A DNA stretch of 64,000 nt from Candidatus Woesearchaeota archaeon (GTDB lineage Archaea > Nanobdellota > Nanobdellia > Woesearchaeales > BM511), in the NCBI GenBank assembly GCA_018221135.1, contig JAAOYB010000050.1, positions 527-64,526 on the forward strand. Reading direction: 5' to 3'. A program made the position numbers and the translations under genes. Under the pieces are notes generated by a model. The model was not told where the DNA came from and ran no database searches. It saw nothing but the letters and a program-made list of their open reading frames with translations. Below, piece by piece: positions 58,715-64,000 of the stretch. Positions within the stretch are counted from its first letter, which is position 1, and each line of letters starts with the position of its first letter.

Positions 58715-59836
58715 ATGAGTGATAAAAGCAAAGAAATTCAGATGAACGCAAAACAGCGACATAAACTTAAAAGTTTCATTAAAGAACTTGAGAATTTTAA
58801 GGGAAGACACACCGAGCTTGTCAGCGTGTACGTACCCTCAGGCTACGACATGAATAAGATAATCTCTCACCTAAGTGACGAGCAAGGAACAGCGACGAAT
58901 ATTAAAAGTAAACACACCAAGGATAATGTCATTGCGGCTCTGGAGAAGATGATTCAACACCTAAGACTATATGATCGAACGCCTCCTCATGGAGTAGTCG
59001 TCTTTGCGGGTAACGTCAGTGAACGTGAAGGCCAACAAGATTATCAAGTTTGGAGTTTGGAGCCCCCTGTGGCTATGAATCAACGTCTTTACAGGTGTGA
59101 TAAGGCGTTCGTACTCGACCCGCTTCGAGACTTAGCCGAAGACAAAAATCTTTACGGATTAGTTGTCATGGATAAAAGAGAAGGAAACGTCGCTTTACTT
59201 AAGGGCAAAGTTATTATTCCTCTTACTAACACTACAAGCGCTGTTCCTGGAAAGACAAGGGCGGGTGGGCAGTCAGCTCAGCGTTACGAGAGGATTAGAG
59301 AAGGCGCCGCTGTGGAGTTCTATAAAAGAATAGCTGATTACATGAATACTAACTTCTTAGATGTGTTAAGCGATTTAAAAGGAATCATTATTGGTGGGCC
59401 TGGGCATACCAAAAACGAGTTTGTTGATGGAGATTACATCAATGACCAATTAAAGCGTAAAATTATTGGTTTGCAAGACTTGAGTTACACCGGCGATTTT
59501 GGGTTGCAAGAACTCCTTGAGAAAAGCAGTGATTTATTATCTGAAGAGGATGTAATAGAAGAAAAGAAGTTGATGGGAGATTTCTTTGAGAAATTATCTA
59601 AACACGAAAACATGGTCTCCTATGGTAAAGATCAAGTAAAGAGAGTTACTGAGATGGGAGCAGTTGAGAAATTATTATTAAGTGAGAGCTTAGCTGATAG
59701 CCTCATAGAAGAATTTGAAGGATTAGCAGAGCCGCTTGGCTCGAAAACTTTTATTATTAGTGTTGATACTAGAGAAGGAGTACAATTAAGAGATATGGGT
59801 GGCGTAGCAGCCATTCTAAGGTACCCAGTTGAGTAG
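58715..59836 (+). CDS. prf1: peptide chain release factor aRF1
   Basis: 'TATNIKSK' NIKS motif and 'GGQSAQR' GGQ motif. Confidence 0.92.
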   Translation: MSDKSKEIQMNAKQRHKLKSFIKELENFKGRHTELVSVYVPSGYDMNKIISHLSDEQGTATNIKSKHTKDNVIAALEKMIQHLRLYDRTPPHGVVVFAGNVSEREGQQDYQVWSLEPPVAMNQRLYRCDKAFVLDPLRDLAEDKNLYGLVVMDKREGNVALLKGKVIIPLTNTTSAVPGKTRAGGQSAQRYERIREGAAVEFYKRIADYMNTNFLDVLSDLKGIIIGGPGHTKNEFVDGDYINDQLKRKIIGLQDLSYTGDFGLQELLEKSSDLLSEEDVIEEKKLMGDFFEKLSKHENMVSYGKDQVKRVTEMGAVEKLLLSESLADSLIEEFEGLAEPLGSKTFIISVDTREGVQLRDMGGVAAILRYPVE

Positions 59837-59888
59837 ATTGTTACTATCATAAAATTTATATATTTTAAAGCCCCTACTATTTGGGATT

Positions 59889-60362
59889 ATGGAACACGTG
59901 GGACCATTAGTTAGGGAAGGATTGAATATTACTTCTTTTAGTGAGGATTCATTAGAAACTATTTTGTCAAATCCTCCTAACGAATTTAGTGCTGTGTACA
60001 TGTTTGGTAATAAAAAAGAAATAGCTGAATATGTTGGTCAGAGTGAAAGAAAACTAAAAGCTATTAATACTGCGGGAATAACTCAATCAGGTATTGCTAT
60101 TGGCTTAGTTGTTACTGCTTATCTAACAAGCATGATTTCTCTTTTAGCTACTGGGGTCGTATTGGGGCTTGGCCCTAGTATAAGATATCGTAATTTTAAG
60201 AAGTCAGAAAGAGATGGTTCTCAGATTAAGATAGATTCAAAATATGATTTTACCTATAGTGTTTCTCCGTTTGCAGAACCTGGCGTTTTTGGTAGCATAA
60301 GACAAAAACATAATAATTTTTTTGATAAAGATAATGATAAAGACCCTGATGCTTTTGCGTAA
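59889..60362 (+). CDS. hypothetical membrane protein
   Basis: ORF track; central hydrophobic segments. Confidence 0.35.
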   Translation: MEHVGPLVREGLNITSFSEDSLETILSNPPNEFSAVYMFGNKKEIAEYVGQSERKLKAINTAGITQSGIAIGLVVTAYLTSMISLLATGVVLGLGPSIRYRNFKKSERDGSQIKIDSKYDFTYSVSPFAEPGVFGSIRQKHNNFFDKDNDKDPDAFA

Positions 60363-60398
60363 AAAAGCTTATAACAAAGTTTTCCTTTCTCTTTTTTC

Positions 60399-61031
60399 AT
60401 GGAATATATGAGGCGTGATTGGTTTTACAACGCAATAACTTTTCTTACAGGCGCAACAGCTACTAGTTATTTTAGGGTAGAGTACGAAGGCTTTGAAAAA
60501 ATTCCAAGAAAAGGCGCCGCGATAGTATTAGCTAAGCATCATAGCAACATCGACATAGTATTAGAAGCAGACAGCGTTGCTCTTCTTAATAATAGGTATT
60601 GTAATTGGGTTATGAAAGCAAGCCTTCCAAAAGTCTTGGAGTGGGGAGGGGGTGTGAGGATTAACAGGCCAGGAAAAGAAATCAGCAAAGATCTTAGCGA
60701 AGAACAAAAAAGTTTGTTAATAGAAGAAAATGAGAAAGCTTTCAAATACCTTACAGACTTACTTGATAACCGCGAATTAATAGTTAGTCACCCTGAAGGA
60801 AGCCGTTATTTTGGTAAGATGGGCCCTGTTAAAACAGGTGTTGTTAAGCACTTAAGAAATCACAGCGAAGAAAAAGGTTACGACGTACCCGTGTTTCCTC
60901 TGGGGATTAGTTATAGTTCGAAGAAGCCTTTTGCAAAAGTGGTGCTTCGAGTTGGTGAGCCAATAAGTATTCACCAAGAAGGCTTAATTGAAGTTGTTAA
61001 AGAAGAAATAACTAGGCTTAGCGGTTTCTAA
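60399..61031 (+). CDS. PlsC/LPLAT-family acyltransferase (1-acyl-sn-glycerol-3-phosphate acyltransferase-like)
   Basis: 'AKHHSNIDIV' HX4D motif and 'SHPEGSRY' block III. Confidence 0.65.
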   Translation: MEYMRRDWFYNAITFLTGATATSYFRVEYEGFEKIPRKGAAIVLAKHHSNIDIVLEADSVALLNNRYCNWVMKASLPKVLEWGGGVRINRPGKEISKDLSEEQKSLLIEENEKAFKYLTDLLDNRELIVSHPEGSRYFGKMGPVKTGVVKHLRNHSEEKGYDVPVFPLGISYSSKKPFAKVVLRVGEPISIHQEGLIEVVKEEITRLSGF

Positions 61032-61103
61032 AACCCTTCTTTTTAGTAAGTTTTAAGTACTTAACACTCCATAAATAGGTTTTAAAAGGGTTTTTTGTAA
61101 AAG

Positions 61104-61553
61104 ATGGTGCGATCACATAGTAGGATATTGCCAAATTATGAAAAGTACTTAGCAGCCACTACCTCATTAGTTTATGATATGCAAAAAAAACTTGTTTCTA
61201 GCTTAAAAGTTAGTGGTTTGTTAACAAAGAGTAGAGGAACATATCCACCCCAACAACAAGATGTTACTTTAGTCTTTTCTACTACAGAGTCTCCAACTGT
61301 TAGTGCTAATGGAAAACATAACAGTATTTGTGATATGATAGGCGTACTAAGCCAAGCCTTACCAGAAATATATAATGGTAATGGAGACTATTCCGGGATT
61401 ACTAGTAGGTCTTCTAAGTACAAAGAAATGTTAAAACAAAAAATTGCTCCTGTGCACGTAAAAGAATTACTTCTTTTTGTAGAAGAAACTATTAGGCGGC
61501 TTAGACTAGGCGAATACGAAGAAGATGCTGGTTTGGCTAGGATATTAAATTAA
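61104..61553 (+). CDS. hypothetical protein
   Basis: ORF track. Confidence 0.35.
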   Translation: MVRSHSRILPNYEKYLAATTSLVYDMQKKLVSSLKVSGLLTKSRGTYPPQQQDVTLVFSTTESPTVSANGKHNSICDMIGVLSQALPEIYNGNGDYSGITSRSSKYKEMLKQKIAPVHVKELLLFVEETIRRLRLGEYEEDAGLARILN

Positions 61554-61586
61554 TTATATAAATAGTAATAGTAACTCGTTTTCTTT

Positions 61587-62252
61587 ATGGGCAGAAGCGT
61601 TTCTTTTATAGTAAAAGCGTATGAGGACTTAATTGGTGAAGAGCCTAGTATTAATTTTCTGGTTCGTTACAGTAAAGCTTTTCAGCCGTACAACGCAAAC
61701 GTCAAGTATACTAGTAAAGAAATGACTTTTAGTCTTAGTCACTTATGGAAGCAAGCTTCACAAGAGATAAAAATAGGATTAATACAATCATTGATGATAA
61801 AGGTTTTCAAACCAGAAAAGAAAAAAACTCTTAATACTGACTTGTATCATTTATTTATCAAAAACGCTCATATAGGCGAAGTAGAAAAAGTAGTTGACCC
61901 AATACTAAAAGTCTCTTTTGATAGGCTTAATAATCTGTATTTTAATGGGATGCTTGACTCTCCTAACATTAAGTGGGGGGAGAAGAGTTTCAGCCAATTA
62001 GGTCGATACGCGTACGCCAGTGACACAATAACTATTAGTCAAGTACTAAGAAAAGACCAAGTATTATTAGAGTACGTCTTGTATCATGAAATGCTTCACA
62101 AAAAACTAAAGTATAAACACAACAAGACTCGTAGTTTTCATCACACCAAAGAATTCAAAGATAAAGAGAAATTATTCTACGAAAAAGACGTTGAAGAGAA
62201 ACTAAAAGCCTTCCTGAGAAAAGAAAGAGTCAAAAACTTCTTCGGATTCTAG
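61587..62252 (+). CDS. SprT-like/DUF45-type zinc metallopeptidase-fold protein
   Basis: 'LYHEMLHKK' HExxH plus downstream 'HHTKEF'. Confidence 0.45.
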   Translation: MGRSVSFIVKAYEDLIGEEPSINFLVRYSKAFQPYNANVKYTSKEMTFSLSHLWKQASQEIKIGLIQSLMIKVFKPEKKKTLNTDLYHLFIKNAHIGEVEKVVDPILKVSFDRLNNLYFNGMLDSPNIKWGEKSFSQLGRYAYASDTITISQVLRKDQVLLEYVLYHEMLHKKLKYKHNKTRSFHHTKEFKDKEKLFYEKDVEEKLKAFLRKERVKNFFGF

Positions 62253-62299
62253 AATAATAAAAAGTTTTATATAGGAGTCTAGAACACTATTTTCTTTAT

Positions 62300-62926
62300 A
62301 TGATTAAGAAGATTTTTAGTAAATTCTTTGGTGGGATATTTCGCAAAAGAAAAGCTTTCAAGCTAGGATTATACGGTCCTCCAAACGGTGGGAAGACAAC
62401 TCTTGCTAACAAGATTTGTCAAGATTGGTTAGGTGAAGAGATGGGTAAAGTCTCAAACGTAGCGCACGAAACTAGAGAGATTCAGATAAAAGAACAAATC
62501 GTTCTAAAAAATAAGGGAAAAGAATTAACATTTAACTTAGTAGACACCCCTGGTATCGCTACAAAAATTGATTACGAGGACTTCTTAAAATTTGGGCTTA
62601 AAGAAAAAGAAGCAAAAGAACGAGCTAAAGAAGCCACTAAAGGAATAATTGACAGTATTAAGTGGCTTGATGACATGGACGCAGTAGTCGTGGTCTTAGA
62701 CGCGACAAAAGACCCGTACACCCAAGTAAACATCACAATTATTGGGAACCTACAAGCAAGAGACATACCAGTTCTTATTATTGGTAACAAAACCGACCTT
62801 AAAAAAGCCGATATTAAAAAAGTCGAATCAGCTTTTCCTCAATACAAAGTAATTGGGATAAGCGCAAAAAAAGGAGATAACGTTGATAAGTTTTATGATG
62901 AATTATTTAAGGTATCAAAAAAATAA
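62300..62926 (+). CDS. small GTPase (archaeal COG2229-like) with N-terminal amphipathic helix
   Basis: G1 'GPPNGGKTT', G3 'DTPG', G4 'NKTD', G5 'SAK'. Confidence 0.7.
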   Translation: MIKKIFSKFFGGIFRKRKAFKLGLYGPPNGGKTTLANKICQDWLGEEMGKVSNVAHETREIQIKEQIVLKNKGKELTFNLVDTPGIATKIDYEDFLKFGLKEKEAKERAKEATKGIIDSIKWLDDMDAVVVVLDATKDPYTQVNITIIGNLQARDIPVLIIGNKTDLKKADIKKVESAFPQYKVIGISAKKGDNVDKFYDELFKVSKK

Positions 62927-62950
62927 ATAAGAAAAAGAGGAAATTATAAG

Positions 62951-63349
62951 ATGTTAACACTTCAATTCGTGCCGTATTCAAGCATCGCTGATCTAAGCAG
63001 TATTGGAAGGATTAAAAAGCTTCTTAAGATGGCTAAAGAAGACAAGATAGTCTTATTAGAGGGTCGTCTTAGAAAAGAAGAAGAAGCAGAGCTTATCAAA
63101 ACCACAATGGAAGAAATCGATGATGAGTTTAAAGGTATAGAATTAGCTGTTATTGATCCTGAGACTAGCAACCAAAAAGGCTTAGACAAATTCAGAGCAA
63201 TCCTTGCAAAGACTCTTCTTGGAGACCGTCAAGGCATGACCATTATTGGCCCTGCGAGTATTATTAAAGAAATAAAACTTGACCCTAACAAAATCCAGTT
63301 ATTCACTCAAGAAGCACAGAAAAAAATAACTAAGAAAAAAAAGAAATAA
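62951..63349 (+). CDS. conserved archaeal protein co-occurring with the GTPase (DUF2073-like)
   Basis: Position in the GTPase triad; ~130 aa. Confidence 0.4.
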   Translation: MLTLQFVPYSSIADLSSIGRIKKLLKMAKEDKIVLLEGRLRKEEEAELIKTTMEEIDDEFKGIELAVIDPETSNQKGLDKFRAILAKTLLGDRQGMTIIGPASIIKEIKLDPNKIQLFTQEAQKKITKKKKK

Positions 63350-63402
63350 AAACCTTTTTTTAGATAGTTTTTTATAATCTCTTAATTTATTTTGTTCTTA
63401 AT

Positions 63403-63777
63403 ATGCCTCACCAATGCGTTAGATGTAACACGTTCTATGATGATGGAGCTCAAGAAATACTAAAAGGTTGTAGTTGTGGTGCTAAACTCTTCTTTTATGT
63501 TAAAAAAGAAAAGATGCAAAAAGCGCTCGATATGGTTGAGCAATTAACCAAGGAAGAGAAGTCTCAGATGGAACACGACGTCTTTGACATAATTGGTGAA
63601 AAAGAAAAAGAAGAAAAACCTGTAGTTCTTGATTTCGAAGCAGTAAACGTAGTAAAACCTGGGAAGTACGAAATTGATATAGTTAAAGTCATGAAACAAG
63701 ACCCGCTCATCTACAGAGTCGGAGAAGGAAAATATATGATTGACTTAAAAGAAGCCTTCAAAGACAAAAAAGAATAA
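63403..63777 (+). CDS. zinc-ribbon protein (DUF2072-like), third member of the GTPase triad
   Basis: 'CVRCN...CSCG' N-terminal Zn ribbon; ~124 aa. Confidence 0.45.
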   Translation: MPHQCVRCNTFYDDGAQEILKGCSCGAKLFFYVKKEKMQKALDMVEQLTKEEKSQMEHDVFDIIGEKEKEEKPVVLDFEAVNVVKPGKYEIDIVKVMKQDPLIYRVGEGKYMIDLKEAFKDKKE

Positions 63778-63999
63778 TTAAAACCAGTCAAAAATACTAT
63801 CTTCTTTTTTCTTTCGTGTTGTCTTTTTCTTGGTTGTTTTCTTTTTAGTAGGTTTTTTCTTTGAAACTGTAACCGTAACCATCTTATAGATAGGTTCTCC
63901 AAAAATAGTTTCACCTACTTTTCTTTTCACTTTTTTTGGTTTAGATGCTTCTTTTTTCTCTTTTAATTTACCATATTTTTCTGGATATGTTTGCTTTAA
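63778..63999 (-). CDS. partial (3' end) Lys-rich hypothetical protein; gene continues beyond window end
   Basis: Manual translation of minus strand: ...GETIFGEPIYKMVTVTVSKKKPTKKKTTKKK...DSIFDWF*; convergent with 63403..63777. Confidence 0.3.
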   Translation of the reverse strand, partial: LKQTYPEKYGKLKEKKEASKPKKVKRKVGETIFGEPIYKMVTVTVSKKKPTKKKTTKKKTTRKKKEDSIFDWF

Positions 64000-64000
64000 A

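Noticed and set aside
58715-59836. Alternative call as Pelota/Dom34 instead of aRF1
   Set aside because: Presence of both NIKS and GGQ motifs identifies aRF1; Pelota lacks GGQ.
1-64000. CRISPR arrays, tRNA and rRNA genes
   Set aside because: Scanned intergenic regions for direct repeats of 24-40 nt and for GC-rich cloverleaf-like segments. None found, and no spacer-repeat periodicity. Cannot exclude very divergent or intron-containing tRNAs without tRNAscan.

Overview
AT-rich (roughly 35% GC) and densely packed chromosome segment, with many 1-4 nt overlaps between genes. It is clearly archaeal: Cbf5, Nop5, aIF5A, L40e, aRF1, GatD/GatE, RtcB plus archease, Cdc48, Taw3 and Trm11 are all present. 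Several metabolic genes are bacterial-type (MetK, class II fructose-bisphosphate aldolase, a PlsC-like acyltransferase), and there are many acidic, glycosylation-rich surface proteins and pilin-like proteins; a small-genome DPANN-like archaeon is an inference only. I found no rRNA, tRNA or CRISPR array.

Features that stand out:
- A copper-homeostasis island at 8.0-14.3 kb with unusual parts: a membrane-anchored winged-helix sensor, CopZ, an HMA/DsbD_2/cupredoxin fusion with a Gly/Cys tail, a Cys-rich lipoprotein, a DsbA whose membrane anchor sits in another reading frame, an AT-rich ArsR regulator and CopA.
- Two large uncharacterised proteins (509 and 643 aa) packed directly behind copA; the second is a xylose-isomerase-like TIM barrel split by a charged insertion of about 300 aa.
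- A very AT-rich island of orphan genes at 18.7-21.7 kb, next to a nucleotidyltransferase-HEPN gene.
- A voltage-sensor-like membrane protein with no pore domain.
- A pair of pilin-like genes with class III signal peptides.
- A PEP-synthase N-terminal-domain protein with a 350-residue acidic tail.
- A GTPase / DUF2073-like / zinc-ribbon triad.

The two large unknown proteins behind copA and the AT-rich orphan island are my leading candidates for something genuinely undescribed.
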